64,000 bases of DNA. Source: Candidatus Micrarchaeota archaeon. GTDB lineage: Archaea > Micrarchaeota > Micrarchaeia > Micrarchaeales > Micrarchaeaceae. The notes beneath the pieces were generated by a model, which searched no databases, was not told where the DNA came from, and was given only the letters and a program-made list of their open reading frames with translations. Position numbers and translations under genes: made by a program. Shown here piece by piece: positions 52,067 through 60,110 of the stretch. The stretch's first letter is position 1. The number at the start of each line of letters is the position of its first letter. The stretch lies in assembly GCA_021811605.1 (NCBI GenBank), contig JAJZNR010000024.1:37751-101750 (forward strand), in the 5' to 3' direction.

Positions 52067-53359
52067 TCACAGCGCGCGAAGCGCGTCTATTGGCTCGAGC
52101 CTGGACGCCCTCCACGCCGGATATACTCCCGCAAGTATGCTCACCACCACAGCCACAAGCATTGCCTCGACTATCGTCAACCCGCTCACCACGGGGGTGT
52201 AGCTTATCGATGAGCTGCTCGGGCTTCCCGACGAGCCGCCGAAGGTAGTCGCCCTGCCGCCGCCGAAGCGTGCGCCCCCTCCTGAACCTCCCGACCCCGC
52301 TGTCCCATTCGATGCTGCCGGACCGGATCCTGCGGCAGAAAGAACCGCGCTAAGCCCGTACGAGCCTCCGATGCCGAACACAACGCCTATCACTCCACCC
52401 AAGAAGCCGATTATTATAGCCTGCATCAGGAAGAGCGTGAGCACGTCCCTGTTCCTGAATCCCAGAGACTTGAAAATCCCTATCTCGTGCGTCCGCTCAT
52501 ACACTGAAATCAGCATTATGTTCATTATCCCTATCGCGGCGACCACCAGCGAGATTCCGGCGATAACGCCAAGCAGCAGTCCTATAGACCCTATCACCTG
52601 CTCAACCTCCTGGGTGAGCTGCTGCGTGCTGATAACGCGCGCATTGTTTCCATAGATGTCGCCTATCTGGGTGGCCAGCGCTCCAGTCGCCGCGGTGCTG
52701 TTCGCTTTGACTATTATCTCGGTAAAAGACTGTCTCTGCAATATGGACTCCGCGGCCTGCAGCGGCATGAATACGGAAGTGTCCGGCGACACCAGGAACG
52801 AGGTTCCGTACTTCTTCAGCATCCCGACCACCGGCACCGTGTACGTGCCTCCCTTCTCTGTCTTGATCGTTATCGGCTGCCCTACAAACGCATACTGCGT
52901 TCCGGAAGTGCCGGGGTATGCCACGCTGTACCCTATCACGGTCTCTGGGTTCACCCCGTTCGTGTAGAGCTGCCCCTGTATAAAGGTAAGGTTGCCTATC
53001 AGCTGGTCTGCGTTCTCCGCTGCAACACCTATCAGGTCAGCGCTGACATTCTGCCCGTCCGTATAGATGTTGACGCTCCCGGTGACAAGCGGTATGACCG
53101 CGCTGGTGTTAGGCAGCGATCCGAGCAGGGAGGTGTCCGCGTAGGTGAACACCGTTCCGGGCGCAGGCGTAATTATTATCGATGTGGGGCCAAGCGAGCT
53201 CAATGCCGAAGAGACGCTTGCGCTTATCCCTGCGGTCTGCGATATGAGCGCGATTATCGATGCGACCCCTATGACGACCATGATTACGGTCAGCGCTGTC
53301 CTTATCCTCTTCTCCCCCAAGTCCGTAAAGGCGAGCCAGAAGACATCTTTGTAGTTCAT
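52067..53359 (-). CDS. ABC transporter permease, MacB/FtsX family
   Basis: N-terminal TM 'RTALTVIMVVIGVASIIALI', then a large extracytoplasmic domain. The C-terminal FtsX domain includes 'ERTHEIGIFKSLGFRNRDVLTLFLMQAIIIG' and 'AGVYPAWRASRLEPIDALR'. Confidence 0.85.
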   Translation of the reverse strand: MNYKDVFWLAFTDLGEKRIRTALTVIMVVIGVASIIALISQTAGISASVSSALSSLGPTSIIITPAPGTVFTYADTSLLGSLPNTSAVIPLVTGSVNIYTDGQNVSADLIGVAAENADQLIGNLTFIQGQLYTNGVNPETVIGYSVAYPGTSGTQYAFVGQPITIKTEKGGTYTVPVVGMLKKYGTSFLVSPDTSVFMPLQAAESILQRQSFTEIIVKANSTAATGALATQIGDIYGNNARVISTQQLTQEVEQVIGSIGLLLGVIAGISLVVAAIGIMNIMLISVYERTHEIGIFKSLGFRNRDVLTLFLMQAIIIGFLGGVIGVVFGIGGSYGLSAVLSAAGSGPAASNGTAGSGGSGGGARFGGGRATTFGGSSGSPSSSSISYTPVVSGLTIVEAMLVAVVVSILAGVYPAWRASRLEPIDALRAL

Positions 53360-54651
53360 TTGCCGTGCCCCTTCTTTCTTTCCCTGTAATACATGTAGCC
53401 GAGCACCACTACAACGATGACCAGCACCAGGTCCACCACTGCTCCGCCTCCACCTCCGGTGTGCACCACAGCGCCGCTTCCCGGCTGCGACCCTGATAGC
53501 GCGGATGCCGCTGCCACTACGGTCACCGGTACCATCATAGTCGAGCTTTCGTTGTTCCTGAAGTTGTCAAGGTAGCTCACCCTGACCGGTATCTGGTACG
53601 TCCCCGGCTTCGTGAGGTTGTCAGTCTGGAACGTCAGCGTGACCGGCGCCTGCGCCTCCGCCGCTATGCTGCCCACGAACTCCGAGCCCGAGCCGTAGGG
53701 CCTGAAGCCGTTGGACCCCTGCGAAGACACGGTTACCGTGGACGCGCCGCTTGTCCCGGTGTCGGTAAGTACGAACGATATCGAGAATATCTCCCCCGGA
53801 GTCACCGGAGACGGCGACACCGTGACAGAGGAATCCGACAGGTTTATCAGCCCCTGCGAGAGCGTCTGCTTGTAGGATGCGGCCTGCATGAACTGTCCGC
53901 TGCCGTTGTAGAAGTCTGCAGTCACGTTGAGCGGGAACGAAAGCGATGCGTTCTTGCCAACGAATACCGTGTCGTTGAGCGTTGCACTGGCTCCCGGAGC
54001 CAGCTCCCCGAGGTCAAGCGGTATCTGCGTAAGTTGCGATAAATCCGATGACGGGGCATATACGCTCACCGATATGTCCCTCAGCGCAGTCTGCCCGGAA
54101 TTGTGCAGCCCGATACCGATGGTCTGTACCTCTCCCGATGTCAGTATGGCCGGAGATACGTTGAGCGTGAGCGGAAGCTTGCACTGCACAGCGCTGAACG
54201 ACAGGTTTCTCTCCTCCTGGTCCTCCGCATAAGTGTAGTAGAAGTAGTTAATGCCTATGCCGAGAGTGTCCGTCGCAGACGCGTTCTGCGGCACGAACCA
54301 CGCCAGGTAGGCCGTGTTGCTGCTCAGCGGGTTGACCGTGCCCATCACCGCCGTGCTGTTCCATGCAAAGTAGGTGTTTTTCGTGTTTTGCACGGTGAGC
54401 TCTACATTAATCATCGCCGGTCCGTATGAATTGAGCTCGCTGGGATTTATGGTGCCCGGCTCTCCATTGTTCCACACCGTTATGGGCACGTAGTTTACCT
54501 GCCCCCTGCACACGGTGGTGGCGTTGGAGCTCACCGCGAAGTTCGGCGGCGGAGGGTAGTTGGTGTTCGCGGACGTCCCTGCGAACGTCATTGCCGGCGC
54601 CGCTAGCGACAGCAGCAGCGCCAGCATCAAGATCTCCACAACAGTTTTCAT
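53356..54651 (-). CDS. secreted, C-terminally membrane-anchored protein with CARDB-like Ig-fold repeats (COG1361-like)
   Basis: Signal peptide 'MKTVVEILMLALLLSLAAPAMTFA'. Repeated beta-rich modules, for example 'SPAILTSGEVQTIGIGLHNSGQTALRDISVSV..LGELAPGASATL'. Many N-x-S/T sites. The C-terminal TM plus basic tail is 'VVDLVLVIVVVVLGYMYYRERKKGHGK'. It overlaps both ABC genes by 4 nt. Confidence 0.6.
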   Translation of the reverse strand: MKTVVEILMLALLLSLAAPAMTFAGTSANTNYPPPPNFAVSSNATTVCRGQVNYVPITVWNNGEPGTINPSELNSYGPAMINVELTVQNTKNTYFAWNSTAVMGTVNPLSSNTAYLAWFVPQNASATDTLGIGINYFYYTYAEDQEERNLSFSAVQCKLPLTLNVSPAILTSGEVQTIGIGLHNSGQTALRDISVSVYAPSSDLSQLTQIPLDLGELAPGASATLNDTVFVGKNASLSFPLNVTADFYNGSGQFMQAASYKQTLSQGLINLSDSSVTVSPSPVTPGEIFSISFVLTDTGTSGASTVTVSSQGSNGFRPYGSGSEFVGSIAAEAQAPVTLTFQTDNLTKPGTYQIPVRVSYLDNFRNNESSTMMVPVTVVAAASALSGSQPGSGAVVHTGGGGGAVVDLVLVIVVVVLGYMYYRERKKGHGK

Positions 54652-55352
54652 TTGGCTTTTCGTTTCAACACCTCTTTCTCTATTCTTCCATCCTTAATAT
54701 GAATCACGCGGTCGCACTCCACGGTTATGTCGGGGTTGTGCGTCACCATCACCACCGTTACGTTCTTCTCGCTGCATACCCTCTTAAGCAGCTGCACCAC
54801 CTTCTCGCCGGATTTGGTGTCCAGGTTGCCCGTGGGTTCGTCTGCAAGCACGAGAGTAGGGTTGTTTATCAGGGCTCTCGCAATAGCGACCCTCTGCTGC
54901 TCCCCTCCGCTCAGTTGCGTGGGTTTCATCTTCAGCCTCTCCCCAAGGCCGAGGCTGGCAAGCAGGTCATCCGCTTTCTTCCTCCTATCGCCCCCCTGGG
55001 CGACCATGAGCGGAAGCTCGACGTTTTCCTCCGCAGTCAAACCGTTGACCAGGTTGAACGCCTGGAACACGAAGCCGAGCTTGCGGTTCCTGAACTCGGC
55101 GAGCTCGTTGCCGCTCATCCTGTCCACCGCCGCGCCATCTATGTAAATCTGGCCGGATGTCGGTTTGTCTATAGTGCCGAGCAGATTCATCAGCGTGGAC
55201 TTTCCGCTGCCGGAAGGGCCGACTATCGCCACGAACTCCCCGCGCATCAGCTTGAAAGAGACCCCATCGAGCGCCCTTACCGTTATCTCCGAGCCCGACC
55301 TGTAGGTCTTAGAAGCGTTCTTCACCTCTACAGCGATGCTGCTCTCCTTCAT
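54648..55352 (-). CDS. ABC transporter ATP-binding protein (MacB/LolD-type)
   Basis: Walker A 'GPSGSGKST', Q-loop, signature 'LSGGQQQRVAIARAL' and Walker B 'LVLADEPTGNLD'. Confidence 0.92.
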   Translation of the reverse strand: MKESSIAVEVKNASKTYRSGSEITVRALDGVSFKLMRGEFVAIVGPSGSGKSTLMNLLGTIDKPTSGQIYIDGAAVDRMSGNELAEFRNRKLGFVFQAFNLVNGLTAEENVELPLMVAQGGDRRKKADDLLASLGLGERLKMKPTQLSGGEQQRVAIARALINNPTLVLADEPTGNLDTKSGEKVVQLLKRVCSEKNVTVVMVTHNPDITVECDRVIHIKDGRIEKEVLKRKAK

Positions 55353-55359
55353 CCAATCA

Positions 55360-55797
55360 CTACCTCAATACCGACAGCCTCTCAACGAGCGATTTTATCC
55401 TCTTCCTGTACTTGGCGAGCTCGCTTCTTTTGCTGCTCTTAGAGAGCTCTTCGAGATAAGAAACGTTCCCCTCCATGTTGGTGAATATATCCTCCGTTTC
55501 ATCTTCAGGAGCAACCTCGTCCCTGTACCTCGCGGAGAGCTCGTACTTCCCGTCCCTTCGCTTCTTTATCACGCCCTCCCGCGCGAGCAGGTCGAACAGC
55601 GGGTAGATTGATCCGGGAGAAGGCCGCCACCAACCGTGGCTTACCTCCTGTATGCGGTCCATCATCTGCATCCCGTTCATCGGCCCATTCTCCAGCATCT
55701 TTATCACGACAGGGCGAAGCCAGCCCCTCCTGCCTAGCCGCATCCTCCATGAGAAGTCGCCGAAGCCCCTCCTGCCGAGCAAATCTTCGTCAGCCAT
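55360..55797 (-). CDS. PadR-family transcriptional regulator
   Basis: 'LRPVVIKMLENGPMNGMQMMDRIQEVSHGWWRPSPGSIYPLFDLLAREGVIKK' is the PadR winged-helix pattern. Confidence 0.8.
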   Translation of the reverse strand: MADEDLLGRRGFGDFSWRMRLGRRGWLRPVVIKMLENGPMNGMQMMDRIQEVSHGWWRPSPGSIYPLFDLLAREGVIKKRRDGKYELSARYRDEVAPEDETEDIFTNMEGNVSYLEELSKSSKRSELAKYRKRIKSLVERLSVLR

Positions 55798-55805
55798 GCA
55801 AACAC

Positions 55806-55821
55806 TATCGGATATCCAATA
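55806..55821. promoter_or_regulatory. imperfect 16-bp palindrome (candidate PadR operator)
   Basis: TATCGGATATCCAATA shows 14/16 dyad symmetry with the core GGATATCC at 55810-55817. It lies 9-24 nt upstream of the padR ATG and downstream of a minus-strand TTTTTATAT element at about 55839-55847. Confidence 0.3.
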
Positions 55822-55919
55822 TCAGATAAGCGATACTAATATAAAAAGGCACCTCTCCCGTCTCAACCTGAGAAGGGAAGCGATTTAAAAGAAGCCGTCA
55901 GAGCGATATCGGTGGAATC

Positions 55920-56333
55920 TTGGAGAGGAAGCTCCCGAAGGTAGGCGTCGCCGCTATAATAATAAGGGACGGCAAGGTGCTAGTGGGTAGGAGGGTAGGC
56001 GCCCACGGCCATGGCACATGGAGCTTCCCCGGCGGCCATCTCGAGTTCGGGGAGGAGGCAGAGCAAGGAATAGCGCGCGAGGTAAAAGAGGGGACCGGCA
56101 TGGATGTAGTAGGCGCACCGGAGTGGCGCGCCTACACCAACGACATATTCAGGGAGGAGGGCAAACATTACGTAACTCTTTATTTCGCCTGCGACGTGGT
56201 CGGGGAGCCAAAGATCATGGAACCGGACTGCACCGACGAGTGGCGGTGGTCTGATTGGAACAGCCTTCCGCAACCGCTTTTCCTCCCGCTCAGGAACCTT
56301 ATTCAGCAAGGCTTTAATCCCTTCGAGGAGTAA
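55920..56333 (+). CDS. Nudix hydrolase (TTG start)
   Basis: The Nudix box is 'GGHLEFGEEAEQGIAREVKEGTGM', with the usual REx2EE reading REVKEG. The TTG at 55920 is preceded by GGTGG 5 nt upstream. Confidence 0.75.
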   Translation: MERKLPKVGVAAIIIRDGKVLVGRRVGAHGHGTWSFPGGHLEFGEEAEQGIAREVKEGTGMDVVGAPEWRAYTNDIFREEGKHYVTLYFACDVVGEPKIMEPDCTDEWRWSDWNSLPQPLFLPLRNLIQQGFNPFEE

Positions 56334-56343
56334 CGTAGATGCA

Positions 56344-57324
56344 ATGCGCGTACTCGGAATAGAAAGCAGTGCCCACACTCTCGGGATTGGGATAGTGGAG
56401 AATGGGAGAGTCCTCTCCAACGAGAAGATGATGTACCAGATAGGCACAGCAGGGCTGATACCGGCGAAGGCCGCAGACCTCCATGCCGAGAATGTCCATG
56501 CGGTATTACGCGAGGCGCTGTCGAAGGCCGGGCTCACGCTCGGCGAAATCGAGGGCATCGGCTATACGATGGGACCTGGCATCGGCCCGTGCCTGCGGGT
56601 GGGGGAGCTCGCCGCAAAGACGCTGGCGGAGCGTTACGGACTGCCTATGGCTCCTGTCAACCACGCGCTGGGCCATATAGAAGTGGCGCGCTTCGCGGCA
56701 GGTTTCAGGGATCCGCTCGTCCTCTACGTGAGCGGCGGGAACTCGCAGATACTTGCAATCGAAGGAAAGCCGTTCAGGCATTACCGCGTCCTCGGGGAGA
56801 CCTTCGACATCGGAATCGGCAACATGCTCGACAGCTTTGCCCGCGAGGCGAAGCTCAATCCCGCATGGGGCTCTAGCGTCGCGAAGCTTGCGGAAGGCGG
56901 GAGTTACATAGAGCTCCCTTATACGGTAAAGGGGATGGACTTCACTTTCACCGGGCTGCTGACAGCGGCAGGCGACAAGCTCGCGGTGCACAGGCACAAG
57001 GACGTCGCGTTCTCGTTGCAGGAAACGTCGTTCGCGATGCTCTGCGAAGCGACGGAGCGTGCCCTGCTGCTCACAAGGAAGAAAGAGCTTCTTCTTTCTG
57101 GAGGGGTGGCACAGAGCAAAAGGCTCAACGAGATGTTGAGGCTCATGGCCGCGCAGCACAGAACAAGGGTGTACACTGCGGAAAACCAGTACAACGCAGA
57201 CAACGGAGCGATGATTGCCCTTGTCGCCGAGAAGATGCTGGAGAACGGGATGGATGCGCGCCCGGAAAAGTGCACGACAAACCAGAAATACAGGATAGAT
57301 TCGGTGAGAATAGGATGGCGTTGA
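56344..57324 (+). CDS. kae1: tRNA N6-adenosine threonylcarbamoyltransferase Kae1
   Basis: 'VLGIESSAHTLGIGIV', the metal-binding 'VNHALGHIE', 'YVSGGNSQIL' and 'LSGGVAQSKRL'. Confidence 0.93.
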   Translation: MRVLGIESSAHTLGIGIVENGRVLSNEKMMYQIGTAGLIPAKAADLHAENVHAVLREALSKAGLTLGEIEGIGYTMGPGIGPCLRVGELAAKTLAERYGLPMAPVNHALGHIEVARFAAGFRDPLVLYVSGGNSQILAIEGKPFRHYRVLGETFDIGIGNMLDSFAREAKLNPAWGSSVAKLAEGGSYIELPYTVKGMDFTFTGLLTAAGDKLAVHRHKDVAFSLQETSFAMLCEATERALLLTRKKELLLSGGVAQSKRLNEMLRLMAAQHRTRVYTAENQYNADNGAMIALVAEKMLENGMDARPEKCTTNQKYRIDSVRIGWR

Positions 57325-57923
57325 AAAAAATAGCGGAAGGCGCCGAGGCGATAATCTACGCTACCGATGTTCTAGGCATCCCCGCAGTCGTAAAGGAGAG
57401 GATGAGCAAGAGCTACAGGCAGCAGACCCTTGACGAGAAGATACGCTCGGAGCGGACCAGGAGCGAGGCGCGCATACTCTCACGCGCATCGAATTCCGGT
57501 GCGGCAGTGCCGCGCGTTCTTATGGTGTCAAAGTACGCGATATACACGGAGCGCTTACCTGGCGATACGCTGAACAGGAAGAGACTTTCAGAAAGCGAAC
57601 GTATGCGCGCCCTGAAACGCGCCGGTTCACAACTTGCACTGATCCACAACGCAGGGATAACACACGGGGATTACACGACCGCGAACATACTCGTCGGCGA
57701 TTCGAAGGTGTGGGTTATCGACTTCGGCCTAGGGGAGATGACAAGCTCTGTGGAGAGCAGGGCTCTCGACGTCCTGCTCATGAAACGCTCGATAAGCAAG
57801 GAAGAATACAAAGTATTCGAAGAGGCGTACTCTGCGGGTGTGGCAGGCAGAGAGGCACTGAAACGCGTAGCGGAAATAGAGAAAAGGGGAAGGTACCAGG
57901 CAAGAACGCTCCTCACCGCCTAG
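57315..57923 (+). CDS. bud32: Bud32/PRPK-type kinase (KEOPS subunit)
   Basis: 'IAEGAEAIIY ... VVKERMSKSYR', catalytic loop 'ITHGDYTTANILV' and 'VIDFGLG'. It overlaps the kae1 stop by 10 nt, so it is a separate gene rather than a fusion. Confidence 0.85.
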   Translation: MALKKIAEGAEAIIYATDVLGIPAVVKERMSKSYRQQTLDEKIRSERTRSEARILSRASNSGAAVPRVLMVSKYAIYTERLPGDTLNRKRLSESERMRALKRAGSQLALIHNAGITHGDYTTANILVGDSKVWVIDFGLGEMTSSVESRALDVLLMKRSISKEEYKVFEEAYSAGVAGREALKRVAEIEKRGRYQARTLLTA

Positions 57924-58642
57924 CAGAACGCGACGATGACTCTCTTGTTCCTCTTTCCGTTGTTCTTGAAATCCGTGAGCTGCAGCCTTCCAATCTCCTT
58001 CGTGTTCTTCACGTGCGTTCCTCCGTCCGCCTGCATGTCCACTCCAGCTATGTCGACCACTCTCACCGTCTTGAGCCTGCTTATAAGCTCCCTTCCTGGC
58101 TCCGTCCTCACGAGTTCCGGATTTTCAAGCGCCTCCGCCTGCGGAATGTATTTTATCAGTATCTCGTGGCCCTCACTCGCCACCTCGTTAGCCTTCTCTA
58201 TTATCTCCAGCGCCTTCTCCCTGTTCATCCCCTCGAAGTCGAAATCGATTCTCGCATGATCCGTGTATATCTGCCCTCCGGTGCACATCCCTGACGAGTG
58301 GAAGTGAGCCCTTATCACTCCGTCTATCAGGTGCATCGCGCTGTGGAACCTCATCGCCGAGTACCTCCTCTCCCAGTCTATGGTCCCGTGCACTTCCGTA
58401 CCCCTTTGCTCCTCGAAATCCCTGTCCAGAACGTGGACAACATCGTCTCCAGACCTCTTCACATCCACTACCGTGTACTGCCTGCCTCCCACGGCGACGT
58501 TTCCGGTATCGCTCGGCTGACCTCCCCCGGCAGGGTAGAAAGCGGTCCTGTCCAGAACCAGCTCTGGCCCTTCCGCAGAAACCACGTGCGCATCAAACTC
58601 GCGGAGTTCCATCCTATCCAGATAGAGCTTCTCTGTCATCAA
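57920..58642 (-). CDS. alaX: alanyl-tRNA editing protein AlaX (AlaX-M type)
   Basis: 'DRTAFYPAGGGQPSDTG', the zinc motif 'HSAMHLI' (HxxxH), and a second motif reading 'ADGGTHVKNTKEIG' where CxxxH is usual. Confidence 0.85.
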   Translation of the reverse strand: MMTEKLYLDRMELREFDAHVVSAEGPELVLDRTAFYPAGGGQPSDTGNVAVGGRQYTVVDVKRSGDDVVHVLDRDFEEQRGTEVHGTIDWERRYSAMRFHSAMHLIDGVIRAHFHSSGMCTGGQIYTDHARIDFDFEGMNREKALEIIEKANEVASEGHEILIKYIPQAEALENPELVRTEPGRELISRLKTVRVVDIAGVDMQADGGTHVKNTKEIGRLQLTDFKNNGKRNKRVIVAFC

Positions 58643-58666
58643 ACCACAAACACTGACTCTCGCGGC

Positions 58667-59752
58667 TCAGTAGCTGCTCTTCGAGACTCCCATAGCCCCT
58701 CCGGCGCTGACCTTCTCAACCGTCGCTTCGGGCAACGACTCGTATGCGACTCTCGAGTTCCCCAAAGTGAGCACCGCCACTACGGCCACAGCGGCGATAG
58801 CTACCGAGAAGATGTCATGCACGGCCAGGTACCGGTACGCGAACACGCCTGCGGTAAGCACCCCTATCACAGCCCCGAGGGGGAAGCTGCCCTTCGCCTG
58901 GACTATCACGAGCACTCCGGATATCAGCGACAGCGCAGCCAGGGCGGTGCCCATCAGAAGTATAACCGTGGGGTTGGCAATCGACATCGCAGTAGCAAGC
59001 GCCGGCAACTCCCCGGGCAGCCCCGTAAGGCTCTGGTACGAAGAGATTACGAATATCAGGAAAACAAGCATGAACAGACCAGAGGCGACGAACCCGAGAG
59101 CGCCATACTTCGTGACCTCCTCTGTCCTCACCTCCGCCGATACCTTGTCTATGTCGTCAAGGCAGTAGTAGGCGTTGCCGTGCTCTACTATGTCCTCGTA
59201 GCAGAACGCCCTCTTGCAGTAGTCGCATATCGCGTAAGCCTTCCTCCAAGGGTGCAGCTCGCACGACAGGTGCGATGCAATGTTCTTCATCTCTTTCACG
59301 CTGACCCTGCGCTCCGGAACGCCCGTGCTCCCCATGCCAGGGATCTGCGGAGGCGCTTCCTCGTATCCGAGTTTCTGCTCCAGCTCCGTATTCAGCAACA
59401 CTTCCGCATTCTGCGCAGACGGCATCTGGGCCTGAGGCTGCGGAGCCTGCACCGGAGCAGTGACCTGCTCGACAGCCCTGGCCGTTTCCTTCTGCACGGT
59501 CTCCCGCTGCGCTATCTTCTGGTCGAGTGTCATCCCGTCTTCGGGTCTCGGCGCCGGTTTGGGCTTTGGCTTCAGCCATTGCGCCAGCGGAGTCTCGAGC
59601 TGTGGCGGAGGCTGCTCCGCTGCCCCTTTCTGCTTTTTCTCAGGAACAGGCTTCTCCTTCCTCTTTTTCTCGGTTTTCTTCGCTTCCTCTGCTTCCTGCC
59701 CCTCTCCCTCTCTGGCCTTGAATATCAGGAGGTCGTCGGGGTTCACCGCCAT
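58667..59752 (-). CDS. membrane protein with cytoplasmic Cys/His zinc-finger (B-box-like) and low-complexity N-terminus
   Basis: The Cys/His module is 'CELHPWRKAYAICDYCKRAFCYEDIVEHGNAYYCLDDI'. About four TM segments follow. The N-terminal 130 aa are Lys/Pro/Gln/Glu-rich. It lies 4 nt downstream of eS26. Confidence 0.55.
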   Translation of the reverse strand: MAVNPDDLLIFKAREGEGQEAEEAKKTEKKRKEKPVPEKKQKGAAEQPPPQLETPLAQWLKPKPKPAPRPEDGMTLDQKIAQRETVQKETARAVEQVTAPVQAPQPQAQMPSAQNAEVLLNTELEQKLGYEEAPPQIPGMGSTGVPERRVSVKEMKNIASHLSCELHPWRKAYAICDYCKRAFCYEDIVEHGNAYYCLDDIDKVSAEVRTEEVTKYGALGFVASGLFMLVFLIFVISSYQSLTGLPGELPALATAMSIANPTVILLMGTALAALSLISGVLVIVQAKGSFPLGAVIGVLTAGVFAYRYLAVHDIFSVAIAAVAVVAVLTLGNSRVAYESLPEATVEKVSAGGAMGVSKSSY

Positions 59753-59756
59753 GCGC

Positions 59757-60026
59757 TCACAGCATTTTCTTTGCCCTGTCTATCGCAAGCCTCTTCTTCT
59801 TCTCGAAAATTCCGCGATGCTTGGCGCAGCTTATGCAGTACCATACCTTCCTTCTCTCGAAGAACCGGACGTCGTTGGTGTTCTGCATGCCAGTGTTGAA
59901 GCTGACAGGCTTGTCGAACATGACCCCTTTGTTGCGTGGCACCGCGCGGCCGCACTGGTCGCAGTGTACTGTAGTTTCTTTGCCTCTGCTCACGTTTACA
60001 CCTTGTTGGTATCGATTACTATACAT
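59757..60026 (-). CDS. rps26e: 30S ribosomal protein S26e (eS26)
   Basis: 'VHCDQCGRAVPRNKGV' and 'YCISCAKHRGIFEKK' match the two Cys pairs and spacing of eS26 (C-x2-C..PKDKA ... YC-x-SC-x-H). Confidence 0.75.
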   Translation of the reverse strand: MYSNRYQQGVNVSRGKETTVHCDQCGRAVPRNKGVMFDKPVSFNTGMQNTNDVRFFERRKVWYCISCAKHRGIFEKKKRLAIDRAKKML

Positions 60027-60110
60027 ACAACAAGATTATTAATGGTTGTCAGGTGGAATATTAATGTGTTTAGGCGCCAGGGCGCCCCAAAACGGCCCAC
60101 GGGTAAAAAC

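Noticed and set aside
58298-59899. 533-aa plus-strand ORF spanning alaX, the zinc-finger membrane gene and eS26
   Set aside because: It runs antisense across three separate minus-strand genes, each with its own motifs, and has Arg/Leu-rich nonsense composition.
60075-60089. GGCGCC-A-GGGCGCC repeat between eS26 and the RpiB-like gene, considered as a hairpin or terminator
   Set aside because: The two palindromic hexamers are separated by only 1-2 nt, too short for a hairpin loop. There is no supporting context, so I treat it as chance or at most a small protein-binding site.
59460-60110. N-terminal 217 codons of the listed 441-aa ORF (59460-60785)
   Set aside because: This part is antisense to the zinc-finger membrane gene and eS26. 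The RpiB-like homology starts only at the ATG at 60111, which follows an intergenic AT-rich stretch.
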